The position numbers and the translations under genes are program-made. Positions 19,612 through 29,878 of a stretch of 64,000 bases of DNA are shown here, piece by piece (the first letter of the stretch is position 1; every line of letters begins with the position of its first letter). Below the pieces are notes generated by a model. It searched no databases. It was not told the DNA's origin and saw only the letters and a program-made list of their open reading frames with translations. The DNA lies in NCBI GenBank assembly GCA_016780245.1, contig JADHME010000001.1:12597-76596 (forward strand). The letters are read 5' to 3'. This stretch comes from Flavobacteriaceae bacterium (lineage in GTDB: Bacteria > Bacteroidota > Bacteroidia > Flavobacteriales > Flavobacteriaceae).

Positions 19612-20445
19612 TTAAAATGACAGCCTAGCAAGTCTTTTTTTTCCTCTAAAATCCACTCTAAAGTTAACATCATTTGGCTTAAATTCAGTTAATAAACTAT
19701 TAAATTCTTTAATAAAATCAGGATTTATTTCAAGGTATATCTGACCTCCTTTATTTAAGTTTTTATTTGCAAAAACAAGTATTTGTTTATAGAAATGAAG
19801 TGGATTATCTTCTGGAGCAAACAGCGCAATATGAGGTTCAAAATTTACATTCTCATCTATTTCATCTTTTTTTGAATAATCAAGATAAGGAGGATTTGAT
19901 ATAATAATATCAAAGAAGTCATTGTTAGTAAATTTAGTGTTCATATCATACTCTATTATTTTTACATTTGACTCAAGGATATCCTTATTTATATTACATA
20001 CACGAATAGCTTCTTTTGATATATCTGCTAATGTTACATCAAGACTTATTGTTTTAGAAATTGATATTCCAATACATCCTGATCCAGCTCCCAAATCAAT
20101 TAATTTTTTTCTATCATTTTTATTATTATCGTCAATTACCCATTGGACTAATTCTTCTGTTTCTGGTCTTGGTATTAAGACATTTTCATCTACATAAAAA
20201 TCATAACCAAAAAAACTTTTCTTATTTATTATGTAATCTAAAGGATAATTTCTAAGAATATTTTTAAGACTTGATCTTAAAAGCATCTCATTTTCTGGTT
20301 TTACAATAAAATTTGGATCTAGGGCTATTTTTAAAGGATCAATATTACATAGCTCTTTAAGTAATATTTTGAAAATATAATCAGATTCTTTATTTGTTTT
20401 TTCTAATTGAGATCTATAAAAATCTCTAAATTCAATTATATTCAT
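19612..20445 (-). CDS. prmC: peptide chain release factor N(5)-glutamine methyltransferase
   Basis: SAM motif IDLGAGSGCIG and catalytic NPPY. Abuts the ligA start with zero spacer. Confidence 0.85.
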   Translation of the reverse strand: MNIIEFRDFYRSQLEKTNKESDYIFKILLKELCNIDPLKIALDPNFIVKPENEMLLRSSLKNILRNYPLDYIINKKSFFGYDFYVDENVLIPRPETEELVQWVIDDNNKNDRKKLIDLGAGSGCIGISISKTISLDVTLADISKEAIRVCNINKDILESNVKIIEYDMNTKFTNNDFFDIIISNPPYLDYSKKDEIDENVNFEPHIALFAPEDNPLHFYKQILVFANKNLNKGGQIYLEINPDFIKEFNSLLTEFKPNDVNFRVDFRGKKRLARLSF

Positions 20446-20921
20446 TTTAAATCTTTAAGCATCCATACAGGACAGGCAGTATGACCAGTATTACCCATTG
20501 GTTTATTAATATATTCAAATCCTTTTTTTAAATATAATTTTTGAGCATTAATCATGTTAGGCATTGTTTCAATATAACATTTAGTAAAATTTGATTTTAA
20601 TGCAAATGCTAAACACTTATCAATCATTTTATTTCCAAGACCTTTTCCACGGATAGACTTATGAAAATACATTTTTTGAAGCTCACATATATCACTAGTG
20701 CTTTCTTTAAGCTCAGATATTCCAGCCCCACCTAGGATTTTATTTTCATGCTCAATTATATAATATATAGATCTTGAATTTTGATAAGCTTCAAACATTT
20801 TGTCAAGCTCTGGATCTTCATATGCAGAACCTTTTTTTGGTATTTCCATTTCAACAAGAACTTCCCTGAGAATTCTTGAAAGACTTTTGTTATCACTCTC
20901 ATTAATAGATCTTATTAACAT
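20442..20921 (-). CDS. GNAT family N-acetyltransferase
   Basis: Acetyl-CoA motif A (R/Q-x-x-G-x-G/A: IRGKGLGNKM), 159 aa. Substrate unknown. Confidence 0.75.
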   Translation of the reverse strand: MLIRSINESDNKSLSRILREVLVEMEIPKKGSAYEDPELDKMFEAYQNSRSIYYIIEHENKILGGAGISELKESTSDICELQKMYFHKSIRGKGLGNKMIDKCLAFALKSNFTKCYIETMPNMINAQKLYLKKGFEYINKPMGNTGHTACPVWMLKDLK

Positions 20922-20968
20922 AATGATCTTTTTGATTTAAATTTACAATTCTAATTTTTAAATAAATT

Positions 20969-22003
20969 ATGGACATACACATTAAATACATGAAAAGATG
21001 TATTGAACTTGCATCAGAAGGAATTGGAAACACATATCCAAATCCTATGGTCGGATGTGTAATTGTTCATAATAATAAGATAATTGGTGAAGGTTCACAT
21101 CAAGAGTACGGATCTAATCATGCAGAAGTTAATGCAATAAATAGCGTAGTTGATAAGGACTTATTTAAAGAATCAACATTATATGTTAATCTTGAACCAT
21201 GTAATCATTATGGAAAAACTCCACCTTGTACAAAGCTAATTCTTGAGAAAGGAATTAAGAATGTTATAATAGGATCAAAAGATCCAAACAAAAATGTTTT
21301 GGGGGGTGGAATCAATACTCTTATTTCAAATGGTTGTAATGTAGAGTATGGAATTATGAAAGATGAGTGTGACTCCCTTAATAAAAGATTTTTCACTTTT
21401 CAAAATCAAAAGAGACCATACATTATATTAAAATGGGCAGAATCTAAAGATGGATATGTAAGTCCAAAGAAATCTGATCGAATTCAGGAAGAAGTATTTT
21501 GGATTTCAAATGAAGAATCTAAGAAAATGTCTCACAATTTTAGAAGCCAAGAACATTCAATCCTAGTCGGAGTTCAAACTGTAATTGATGACAACCCAGA
21601 ATTAACCACCAGGTTGGTTGATGGCAATAACCCTACAAGGATAGTTCTTGACCCAAATAATAGAATCCCACCAAATTCAAAAGTATTATCAAATGAGTCA
21701 GAAACAATTATTTTTTCATCAACAAAAAACTTAGAATTAAATGCAGATAATGAGGTTATTGAACAGTTTGATCTTGATTCGATTCTAGAATCATTATTTA
21801 AACGTGGTATTCAGTCGATGATCGTAGAAGGAGGAGCATATACTATTCAAAAGTTTATAGATTCTGAGAAGTGGGATTGTATTAGAATATTTAAGTCTGA
21901 AAAAAATCTTTGTGATGGAGTAGTTGCTCCAAAATTTGAAATTGATAAATTAGAATATAGGTTGATTGGAGACAACAGGTTTTATGAAATTTTCAAAAAT
22001 TAA
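20969..22003 (+). CDS. ribD: bifunctional riboflavin biosynthesis protein RibD (deaminase/reductase)
   Basis: CMP/dCMP deaminase zinc motifs HAEVNA and PCNHYGKTPPC, followed by a RibD_C reductase domain. Confidence 0.9.
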   Translation: MDIHIKYMKRCIELASEGIGNTYPNPMVGCVIVHNNKIIGEGSHQEYGSNHAEVNAINSVVDKDLFKESTLYVNLEPCNHYGKTPPCTKLILEKGIKNVIIGSKDPNKNVLGGGINTLISNGCNVEYGIMKDECDSLNKRFFTFQNQKRPYIILKWAESKDGYVSPKKSDRIQEEVFWISNEESKKMSHNFRSQEHSILVGVQTVIDDNPELTTRLVDGNNPTRIVLDPNNRIPPNSKVLSNESETIIFSSTKNLELNADNEVIEQFDLDSILESLFKRGIQSMIVEGGAYTIQKFIDSEKWDCIRIFKSEKNLCDGVVAPKFEIDKLEYRLIGDNRFYEIFKN

Positions 22004-22392
22004 AATAATTCACTAATTATTTTTGGACACCTCTCCGGTCTCATTGATTTTGAATTTAAAAATGCTAAAGTTGTTGCACCTTCAGTTGTAAGCTCATTAT
22101 TTTGATTAAAAATCTGATACTTAAATTCAATGGTTGCTGTTGGCTTTTTCTCACAAATAACATTTACATATAATGAGTCCCCGAAAAAAAGAGATTTAAT
22201 AAATTTTATTTCACATTTAACAACAGGAAGAATTATATCACTTTCTTCAATTTTTTGGTAAGGCATTTTTAGCTTTTCAAGCCACTCGATTCTTGCTAAT
22301 TCAAAAAATTTTAAATAATTACTATGATGAACAATCCTCATTTGATCAGTTTCACTATACCTGACTTTTATTATGTCCGTTTTATATTCCAT
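22000..22392 (-). CDS. acyl-CoA thioesterase, YbgC/4HBT hotdog family
   Basis: N-terminal VRYSETDQMRIVHHSNYLKFFE motif typical of YbgC-like thioesterases. 130 aa. Confidence 0.75.
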   Translation of the reverse strand: MEYKTDIIKVRYSETDQMRIVHHSNYLKFFELARIEWLEKLKMPYQKIEESDIILPVVKCEIKFIKSLFFGDSLYVNVICEKKPTATIEFKYQIFNQNNELTTEGATTLAFLNSKSMRPERCPKIISELF

Positions 22393-22429
22393 TTTTTTTG
22401 TTATGTGAAGGAATTGAATGTTTTTCCTA

Positions 22430-22437
22430 CAAATTTA
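22430..22437 (-). promoter_or_regulatory. -7 box TAAATTTG upstream of the YbgC-like thioesterase gene
   Basis: Plus-strand CAAATTTA, 37 nt upstream of the ATG at 22392. Confidence 0.3.
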
Positions 22438-22577
22438 TACTACATGATTTTAAATAAAAAAAAATTAATAATCAATAGGTAAACTAATTTTTTTTTCACT
22501 TTTTTTAATTAATATTTGTCAAGAACATTAAACAATAATTCATAAATATATTCAATTAACCTTTAGCCAAGAAAAAA

Positions 22578-24005
22578 ATGAGTCAATCACCCTCATCTGT
22601 ATGGAATAACTGTCTAACTTTCATTAAGGATAATATTCAACCTCAAGCATACAAAACTTGGTTCGAGCCAATAATTCCTGTTAAACTATCTGAAGATGTT
22701 TTAAGCATTCAAGTTCCAAGTAAGTTTTTCTATGAGTGGCTTGAAGAACATTATGTAAAAATTCTTAGAATTGCTCTTACAAAAGAATTGGGATCAAAAG
22801 CGAGACTTGTTTATGTTATTAAAATGGAGAATACCTATGGCAATAAGATGCCATTCACTGAGAGTATTCCAAGTTCTTCAAGTAATGGTATAAAAGTCCA
22901 ATCAATTGAATCTCCATTTAGCACTTTTGCAAGTGAATTAAAAAATCCTTTTGTAATTCCTGGAATAAGAAACCTTCAAATAGAATCTCAATTAAACCCT
23001 AATTACTCATTTGAAAATTTCCTTGAAGGTGACTCTAATAGATTAGCAAGATCAGCTGGAATTGCTGTTTCGAACAAACCAGGTGGAACATCTTTTAATC
23101 CACTATTAATATATGGTGGTGTTGGACTTGGCAAGACTCATCTTGCTCATGCAATTGGTGTAGATGTTAAACAGAAATATCCAGACAAAACAGTTTTATA
23201 TATTTCAGCAGAGAAGTTTACACAACAATATGTTGATTCAGTCAAAAAAAACACAAGAAATGATTTTATACATTTTTATCAGTTAATTGATATTTTGATT
23301 GTTGATGATGTTCAATTTCTTTCAGGAAAATCTGGTACACAGGATGTTTTCTTCCACATATTTAATCACCTTCATCAAAATGGTAAGCAGGTAATTTTGA
23401 CTTCCGACAAGGCTCCTATTGATATGCAAGATATTGAGCAAAGACTTTTATCAAGATTTAAATGGGGCTTATCTGCAGAGCTTCAAAATCCTAACTTTGA
23501 AACTAGAGTCTCAATACTTAAGAATAAGCTATATAGAGATGGAGTTGAAATTCAGGATGAAGTAATCGAGTTTGTTGCAAAGAATATAAACTCTAATGTA
23601 AGAGAACTTGAAGGCGCTATTATTTCACTAATAGCCCAATCTTCATTTAATAAAGCAGAAATAACCGTTGATCTAGCCAAAGAGGTTATAAATAAATTTG
23701 TTAAGAATAACAGAAGAGAGGTTTCTATTGATTACATACAAAAAGTTGTCTCAGATTACTTCCAAATGGACATTCAAACTCTTCAATCAAAAACTAGAAA
23801 AAGACATATTGTGCAGGCTAGACAGATTGCAATGTATTTTGCTAAAAAGTTCACTAAAGCATCCCTTGCTAGTATAGGCTCACAAATTGGAAGAAGAGAC
23901 CATGCAACTGTCCTTCATGCATGTAAGACAGTTGATAATCTGAGCTTTACAGATAAGCAATTTAGAAAATATGTTGAAGATCTCAACCAGAAACTCTCCA
24001 ACTAG
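22578..24005 (+). CDS. dnaA: chromosomal replication initiator protein DnaA
   Basis: AAA+ Walker A GGVGLGKTHL, Walker B IVDDVQFL, C-terminal DNA-binding helix (RDHATVLHA). Confidence 0.96.
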   Translation: MSQSPSSVWNNCLTFIKDNIQPQAYKTWFEPIIPVKLSEDVLSIQVPSKFFYEWLEEHYVKILRIALTKELGSKARLVYVIKMENTYGNKMPFTESIPSSSSNGIKVQSIESPFSTFASELKNPFVIPGIRNLQIESQLNPNYSFENFLEGDSNRLARSAGIAVSNKPGGTSFNPLLIYGGVGLGKTHLAHAIGVDVKQKYPDKTVLYISAEKFTQQYVDSVKKNTRNDFIHFYQLIDILIVDDVQFLSGKSGTQDVFFHIFNHLHQNGKQVILTSDKAPIDMQDIEQRLLSRFKWGLSAELQNPNFETRVSILKNKLYRDGVEIQDEVIEFVAKNINSNVRELEGAIISLIAQSSFNKAEITVDLAKEVINKFVKNNRREVSIDYIQKVVSDYFQMDIQTLQSKTRKRHIVQARQIAMYFAKKFTKASLASIGSQIGRRDHATVLHACKTVDNLSFTDKQFRKYVEDLNQKLSN

Positions 24006-24008
24006 CTT

Positions 24009-25037
24009 TTACCTATAAATTCCCCTGCTGTTTATCCAGCGAATATATGCCTTTTTGTTCCTGTTATGTCCATCTATATCACTTGCAAAAAGATGATACC
24101 CTCTATTTGACGGATCAGCAACCATGAAGAGATAATTATGATTCTCGTGATTAAGAACAGCATCGATAGCTGATATATCAGGCATTGTTATAGGTCCAGG
24201 AGGAATACCTCTAATCTTATAAGTATTAAATTCAGAATTTATTTTAAGATCACGATAAAGTACCCTTCTTATTAGTGTATCGAAGTTATTGTAGTATTCC
24301 TTTAAAGAATAGATAACTGTTGGATCAGCTTGAAGTCTCATCCTTTCCTTAATTCTATTAATGTATAAACCTGCAACTCTTGGACGCTCATCATTTTTTC
24401 TACTTTCAATTTGGACTATTGACGCAAGTGAAATAACTTCTAATTTAGTAAGACCTAGTTTTACCGCCTTTTCAGATCTATCTTTATTCCAAAATTTATT
24501 ATATTCAGCTAACATTTTATCTCTAAAATCTTCAGGAGAAGTATTCCAATAAATATTATAAGAGTTTGGAATAAAAATTGAAATAACATTTTGTTCATTC
24601 AGATTATTGTCTTCAAGAAATTTTTTATCTCTGAATGCTGATAATAAAGATGTGCTATCCTCATATATTTGTTTTGAAACTCTTCCTGCTAGATTCTCAA
24701 CTCTTTCTTGATTGTTAAAAGTAACATTAACAGGAGTATTATTAAATTTTAAGGAATTAACAATATCATTGTTTCCGATGTCCTTGGCTATTTTAAATCT
24801 TCCTGTTTTTTTATTCTTTAGGTAACCCAGTCTTTCTGCAACTTTATAAAAAGTTTTTTCAGATTTGATGTATTTTGATATTGAATCCTTAAAAGCTAGA
24901 CTATCATCCTCCATCACATATAGAAATACACTTTCATCTTCGAATGATGTATTGGGCTTATAATATTTATTATAGTAATCAATAACAAATAATAAAGACA
25001 GGATTGAAATCGGTATTATAATTTTTAGATACTTCAT
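24009..25037 (-). CDS. mltG: endolytic murein transglycosylase MltG (YceG-like)
   Basis: N-terminal TM anchor and YceG core (ASIVQIES......RVAGLYINR, LQADPTVIY, NTYK..G.PPGPI). Confidence 0.85.
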   Translation of the reverse strand: MKYLKIIIPISILSLLFVIDYYNKYYKPNTSFEDESVFLYVMEDDSLAFKDSISKYIKSEKTFYKVAERLGYLKNKKTGRFKIAKDIGNNDIVNSLKFNNTPVNVTFNNQERVENLAGRVSKQIYEDSTSLLSAFRDKKFLEDNNLNEQNVISIFIPNSYNIYWNTSPEDFRDKMLAEYNKFWNKDRSEKAVKLGLTKLEVISLASIVQIESRKNDERPRVAGLYINRIKERMRLQADPTVIYSLKEYYNNFDTLIRRVLYRDLKINSEFNTYKIRGIPPGPITMPDISAIDAVLNHENHNYLFMVADPSNRGYHLFASDIDGHNRNKKAYIRWINSRGIYR

Positions 25038-25537
25038 TTAATTAAAATTTTTTGGAATAAAAGCTCATCATTAAATTTATTATTATAAAACACCCAATCT
25101 TTTTTTAAACCAACCTCATTATAGCCATTTTTTTTAAATAATGAAATGCTCTCAACGTTATTTGAAGAAATATTAGCATAAAGTTGATGCATCGGTACAT
25201 GGTTTGAAACATGTTCTTCAATTAATTTTAAAGACATTGAACCTATACCATTAGATCTAAACTTTTCAAATATAATAATTCCAACTCCAGCCCTTCTGTT
25301 AATGTGGTCATAATCGAAAAGATCTATGAAGCCATAAGAATTAGATTTGTCAAAAATCACAAGTCTAACCTGTTTGTGCTCAATAATATCAAGATGAGAA
25401 TTTTCAATAAATTTTTTTAAAGAATGTTTTGAAAAGGGTGAAGAAGTATTTGAATAAACCCACAGGGATTTATCATTTTCTGTATCATACATCATTTCAA
25501 GATCAGAAGGTTCTAGAGCTCTAAGTCTAATTTTCAT
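25034..25537 (-). CDS. GNAT family N-acetyltransferase (RimJ/RimL-like)
   Basis: 167 aa. GNAT motif A (FRSNGIGSMS) and RimJ-like N-terminal LR.L...D. Confidence 0.7.
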   Translation of the reverse strand: MKIRLRALEPSDLEMMYDTENDKSLWVYSNTSSPFSKHSLKKFIENSHLDIIEHKQVRLVIFDKSNSYGFIDLFDYDHINRRAGVGIIIFEKFRSNGIGSMSLKLIEEHVSNHVPMHQLYANISSNNVESISLFKKNGYNEVGLKKDWVFYNNKFNDELLFQKILIK

Positions 25538-25610
25538 CTTGTTCTAGTTAAACTATAGTTAAAATATAATTATTAAAATTTTAATATGTTATTTTTAGTG
25601 AAAAAATAAA

Positions 25611-26747
25611 ATGAAATTGTATTCCAAAATCATATTGATATCTATAGTATCTTCTCTTTTAGTTTTTGCTTTAACTAAAAGAATCGATAATAAATTTGAT
25701 TCTAAAATAACTTCAGGACTAGTTAGTGATGAATTTTCTAGCCTATCAATTCCTGCTAATTTTAATCAAAACAAACTCACTAATTCTTCATTACCAGATC
25801 TAACTTTTGCTGCAAATAAATCAATTGATGCAGTTGTTCATGTCAAAAATACAAGTATTGTAAAGGATAGCGATTCATGGGCTCTACAATTTTTTTATGG
25901 TGATGATTCTAGAAAAAAAGTTGGAACAGGATCAGGTGTAATAATTTCACCAGACGGATACATTATTACAAATTACCATGTTATAGAAAACTCTACAGAA
26001 GTTATTGTTACTACGAATGATAATAAAGAGTATGAAGCAGTAATAATTGGTTCTGATGAAGTCAATGATATTGCTGTTCTAAAAATAGATTCAGATTCTA
26101 ATCTAGATTATATTTTCTTTGGCGATTCAGATTCAACTCTAATTGGAGAATGGGTTTTAGCAGTTGGAAATCCGTATAACCTAAACTCAACTGTAACTGC
26201 TGGTATTATAAGTTCAAAATCCAGAGACTTGAATGAATTTGACCAAAAGAATCAGTCATTTATTCAGACAGATGCTGCGGTTAATTTTGGAAATAGTGGA
26301 GGTGCCCTTGTAAATATTCAAGGAGAATTAATTGGAATAAACACTCTTATTCAATCAATGACCGGTGGATATGTTGGATATTCATTTGCGGTCCCAAGCA
26401 ATACAGTTAGAAAGATATTTGAAGATATTTTAGAGTACGGTGATGTACAAAAGGGTCTACTTGGTGTTAGAGGGGTTGCTTTAAGATCTTCTTATTCTAA
26501 ACAACTTAATCTAGAAGAAACAGAAGGCTTCTATATTGATGTTATTGAGCCTGGATTTGGAGCCGATAACGCTGGACTTCAAAAAGGTGATATAATTAAA
26601 TCGATAGATGATGTCAAGATTAATAGGTTTTCTGATTTATCAGGCTATTTGTCATCAAAAAGACCTGGAGATAAAGTTAAAGTTAGGTACATAAGAGATA
26701 AAGAGCTTATTACTGCCTCTGTTACTCTTAAGAAAAGCTCTAACTAA
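25611..26747 (+). CDS. S1C (HtrA/DegP-like) serine protease with a single PDZ domain
   Basis: Signal/anchor N-terminus. Catalytic triad contexts TNYHVI, NDIAVLK, GNSGGAL. C-terminal PDZ (GLQKGDIIKSIDD). Confidence 0.85.
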   Translation: MKLYSKIILISIVSSLLVFALTKRIDNKFDSKITSGLVSDEFSSLSIPANFNQNKLTNSSLPDLTFAANKSIDAVVHVKNTSIVKDSDSWALQFFYGDDSRKKVGTGSGVIISPDGYIITNYHVIENSTEVIVTTNDNKEYEAVIIGSDEVNDIAVLKIDSDSNLDYIFFGDSDSTLIGEWVLAVGNPYNLNSTVTAGIISSKSRDLNEFDQKNQSFIQTDAAVNFGNSGGALVNIQGELIGINTLIQSMTGGYVGYSFAVPSNTVRKIFEDILEYGDVQKGLLGVRGVALRSSYSKQLNLEETEGFYIDVIEPGFGADNAGLQKGDIIKSIDDVKINRFSDLSGYLSSKRPGDKVKVRYIRDKELITASVTLKKSSN

Positions 26748-27424
26748 TGAGAATAGATGTACTTACCCTATTCCCTGATGTATTTGATAATTTAAACTCC
26801 TTTTCCATCATTAAAAAAGCTATTGACTCTAAGAAAGTAGAAGTCAATAGTCATAACCTAAGAGATTATGCTGACAACTCAAGAAAAGTTGATGATTATC
26901 CATATGGTGGTTTCCCAGGAATGGTTATAAAAATTGAACCAATAGATAAATGCATAGAGTCTTTAAAGAAAAAAAATAATTATGATGAAATAATTTATTT
27001 AACCCCAGATGGAGAATTATTGGATCAAAAAGAATCAAATTATCTATCGACTTTAAAAAATATTATAATTATATGTGGGCATTATAAAGGGATTGATCAT
27101 AGGATTAGAGAACATATTATAACTAAAGAGATCTCTATTGGGAATTATGTTGTTTCAGGAGGTGAACTACCTGCTGCAGTTCTTTGTGACTCAATAATCA
27201 GACTTTTACCTGGCATCATTGGTGATGAATCTTCTGCACTTTCAGATACTTTTCAAGATAATTTATTAGCAGCTCCTATATATACTAGACCTGAAATTTA
27301 CAAAGGTTTTGAAGTACCTAAAGTTCTTTTATCAGGAAATCAAAGTGAAATAGAGAAATGGAGTGATGAGAAATCTTTGGAAAGAACAAAATTACTTAGG
27401 CCAAATCTTTTTGATAATGAATAA
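26747..27424 (+). CDS. trmD: tRNA (guanine37-N1)-methyltransferase
   Basis: MRIDVLTLFP start and SPOUT knot motifs (CGHYKGIDHR, SIGNYVVSGGELPA). Its start overlaps the protease gene stop (TAATG). Confidence 0.92.
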   Translation: MRIDVLTLFPDVFDNLNSFSIIKKAIDSKKVEVNSHNLRDYADNSRKVDDYPYGGFPGMVIKIEPIDKCIESLKKKNNYDEIIYLTPDGELLDQKESNYLSTLKNIIIICGHYKGIDHRIREHIITKEISIGNYVVSGGELPAAVLCDSIIRLLPGIIGDESSALSDTFQDNLLAAPIYTRPEIYKGFEVPKVLLSGNQSEIEKWSDEKSLERTKLLRPNLFDNE

Positions 27425-27439
27425 AAAGGTTTATTTTTG
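27410..27439 (+). promoter_or_regulatory. promoter candidate for rplS: -33 TTTG / N18 / -7 TATTTTTG
   Basis: TTTG at 27410..27413 and TATTTTTG at 27432..27439, 41 nt upstream of the rplS ATG. Lies across the trmD 3' end and spacer. Confidence 0.4.
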
Positions 27440-27443
27440 CACG

Positions 27444-27463
27444 GATTTGATTTAAGTCAAATC
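27444..27463 (+). promoter_or_regulatory. stem-loop in the predicted rplS 5' leader
   Basis: GATTTGA / TTTAAG / TCAAATC, a perfect 7-bp stem with a 6-nt loop, between the -7 box and the rplS start. Could also act as a weak trmD terminator. Confidence 0.3.
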
Positions 27464-27480
27464 TTAAATAAATTATTTCA

Positions 27481-27825
27481 ATGGATTCTGTAGTTAATTT
27501 AGTTCAAGAAAAACTTATCAATAAAAATGATTTCCCATCATTTTCTTCTGGTGATACAATCAACGTATTTTATGAAATTAGAGAAGGTGATAAAGTAAGA
27601 ACCCAGTCTTTCAAAGGTGTAGTAATTCAAATCAAAGGTAGAGGTCAATCAAAAACTTTTACAATAAGAAAGATGTCTGGTACAGTTGGTGTTGAAAGAA
27701 TTTTTCCAATTAACATGCCTGCTTTAAAGAAAATTGAGGTTAACAAGAAAGGTAAAGTTAGACAATCAAGAATTTATTATTTCAGAGAATTAAGAGGAAA
27801 GAAAGCTAGGATTAAAGAAGTATAA
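27481..27825 (+). CDS. rplS: 50S ribosomal protein L19
   Basis: 114 aa. [19 protein letters not shown] and GVERIFP motifs of L19. Downstream of trmD as usual. Confidence 0.95.
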   Translation: MDSVVNLVQEKLINKNDFPSFSSGDTINVFYEIREGDKVRTQSFKGVVIQIKGRGQSKTFTIRKMSGTVGVERIFPINMPALKKIEVNKKGKVRQSRIYYFRELRGKKARIKEV

Positions 27826-27830
27826 ATCTT

Positions 27831-29063
27831 ATGTCAAAAATTAAATTAGCCAATCCCATAGTCGAGATAGATGGAGATGAAATGGCTAGAATCATCTGGA
27901 AATTTATAAAAGAAAAACTTATTCTAGACTATCTAGATCTTGATATAATATATTATGATCTAGGAATTGAGTCAAGGGATAAAACTGATGACCAAATTAC
28001 AATTGATGCTGCTAATGCTATTAAAAAGTATAATGTTGGCATAAAATGTGCTACAATAACACCAGATGAGCAAAGGGTTGAAGAGTTTTCTCTATCAAGA
28101 ATGTATAAATCTCCAAATGGAACAATTAGAAACATTGTTGGAGGTACTGTTTTTAGAGAGCCTATTATATGTAGATCCATCCCTAGATATGTTCAAGGTT
28201 GGTCAAGACCAATATGTATAGGTAGGCATGCGTTTGGTGACCAGTATAGGGCCACTGATGTAATTACTCATGGACCTGGAAAACTTGAAATGAAATTTAC
28301 TCCTAAAGATGGTGGAGAATCAACAACATGGGAAGTATATAATTTTGAAGAGGATGGAATTGCAATGTCAATGTATAATATTGATTCATCAATTTATGGA
28401 TTTGCAAGATCATGTATGAATATGGCACTTACCAAGAGATGGCCTCTATACCTATCTACAAAAAACACCATACTTAAAGCTTATGATGGTAGATTTAAAG
28501 ATATTTTTCAGGAGGTATACGATAACGAATTTAAAGATAGATTTGAGAAGGAAAATATAACTTATGAGCATAGGCTAATTGATGATATGGTAGCTGCTGC
28601 TATTAAATGGAAAGGAGGGTTTGTATGGGCTTGTAAGAATTATGATGGCGATGTCCAGTCAGATGTAGTTGCTCAAGGTTTTGGATCACTTGGTTTAATG
28701 ACTTCTACATTAGTAACACCTGACGGGAAAACACTTGAAGCAGAAGCTGCTCATGGAACAGTAACTAGACACTTTAGAAGACATCAGAAAGGTGAACAAA
28801 CATCGACAAATCCAATAGCATCAATATTTGCTTGGACAAGAGGTTTAATGCATAGAGGCAAGCTTGATAATAATGAAAAACTTATTAATTTCTGTAAAAC
28901 TTTAGAGGAAGTCTGTATTGAAACAGTTGAGGATGGAAAAATGACTAAAGATCTTGCTTTATTAGTTTTTAGAGATGATTTGGTTGACTCTAATTTTCTT
29001 ACAACACAAGAATTTTTAGATGAATTAAAAAGTAATCTGGATAAAAAATTAGCTATTCAATAA
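27831..29063 (+). CDS. icd: NADP-dependent isocitrate dehydrogenase (subfamily II, IDH1-like)
   Basis: 410 aa, collinear with eukaryote-type IDH ([13 protein letters not shown]...[14 protein letters not shown]...). Confidence 0.93.
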   Translation: MSKIKLANPIVEIDGDEMARIIWKFIKEKLILDYLDLDIIYYDLGIESRDKTDDQITIDAANAIKKYNVGIKCATITPDEQRVEEFSLSRMYKSPNGTIRNIVGGTVFREPIICRSIPRYVQGWSRPICIGRHAFGDQYRATDVITHGPGKLEMKFTPKDGGESTTWEVYNFEEDGIAMSMYNIDSSIYGFARSCMNMALTKRWPLYLSTKNTILKAYDGRFKDIFQEVYDNEFKDRFEKENITYEHRLIDDMVAAAIKWKGGFVWACKNYDGDVQSDVVAQGFGSLGLMTSTLVTPDGKTLEAEAAHGTVTRHFRRHQKGEQTSTNPIASIFAWTRGLMHRGKLDNNEKLINFCKTLEEVCIETVEDGKMTKDLALLVFRDDLVDSNFLTTQEFLDELKSNLDKKLAIQ

Positions 29064-29878
29064 TGAAATTTATTAAAGTAACTGAACAAGAATCAAATCA
29101 TAAAGATTTAGAAAAAAAATCTGTAATTGAGCTTGTAAATGCAATGCATGAAGAAGATAATAATGCATTAAAAGCAGTTAATAAGGTTTTACCAAAAATT
29201 TCTGTACTTATTGAGGCCATTGCACCAAAGATTGAAAAAGGAGGAAGATTATTTTACATTGGAGCTGGAACTAGTGGCAGATTAGGTGTTCTAGATGCTT
29301 CAGAGTGTCCCCCAACATTTGGGACTCCTCCAGAAAAAGTTGTTGGACTAGTAGCTGGTGGTATTCCTGCCTTATATAGTTCAATCGAGATTGCTGAAGA
29401 TGACATGAGCCAAGCATGGAAAGATTTATCTGAACATAAAGTTAATTCTGATGATTTTGTTATTGGAATTGCAGCATCAGGAACTACTCCTTATGTTGTT
29501 GGTGGTCTTAAGGATTGTCAAGAAAATAATATTTCTACTGCATGTATTGTGTGCAATGAAAACTCTCCTTTATCTGAATATGCAGATTTTAAAATTGAAG
29601 TTATAGTTGGTCCAGAGTTTTTAACTGGAAGCTCTAGATTAAAAGCTGGAACTGCGCAAAAATTAATATTGAATATGATATCCACTATCTCAATGATTTT
29701 AGATGGTCATGTTAGAGGCAATAAAATGATTGACATGCAGATGTCAAATGCTAAGCTTAGTAAACGTGCTAGAAGAATTCTTATGGAAGAATTAGGTGTG
29801 GATGAAGGTAAAGCTGATGAATTAATTTTGAAATACAAAAGTATTCGTTTAGCAATAGATAACTTTAATAATGAATAA
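29063..29878 (+). CDS. murQ: N-acetylmuramic acid 6-phosphate etherase
   Basis: SIS domain GAGTSGRLGVLDASECPPTFG, 271 aa. Confidence 0.88.
   Translation: MKFIKVTEQESNHKDLEKKSVIELVNAMHEEDNNALKAVNKVLPKISVLIEAIAPKIEKGGRLFYIGAGTSGRLGVLDASECPPTFGTPPEKVVGLVAGGIPALYSSIEIAEDDMSQAWKDLSEHKVNSDDFVIGIAASGTTPYVVGGLKDCQENNISTACIVCNENSPLSEYADFKIEVIVGPEFLTGSSRLKAGTAQKLILNMISTISMILDGHVRGNKMIDMQMSNAKLSKRARRILMEELGVDEGKADELILKYKSIRLAIDNFNNE

Noticed and set aside
22393-22577. DnaA boxes / defined oriC in the dnaA upstream spacer.
   Set aside because: The best candidates (TTTTTCACT at 22492..22500, TTATGTGAA at 22401..22409) differ from TTATCCACA at three or more positions. I therefore report only the strand switch and AT-rich spacer as a finding and do not annotate an origin feature.
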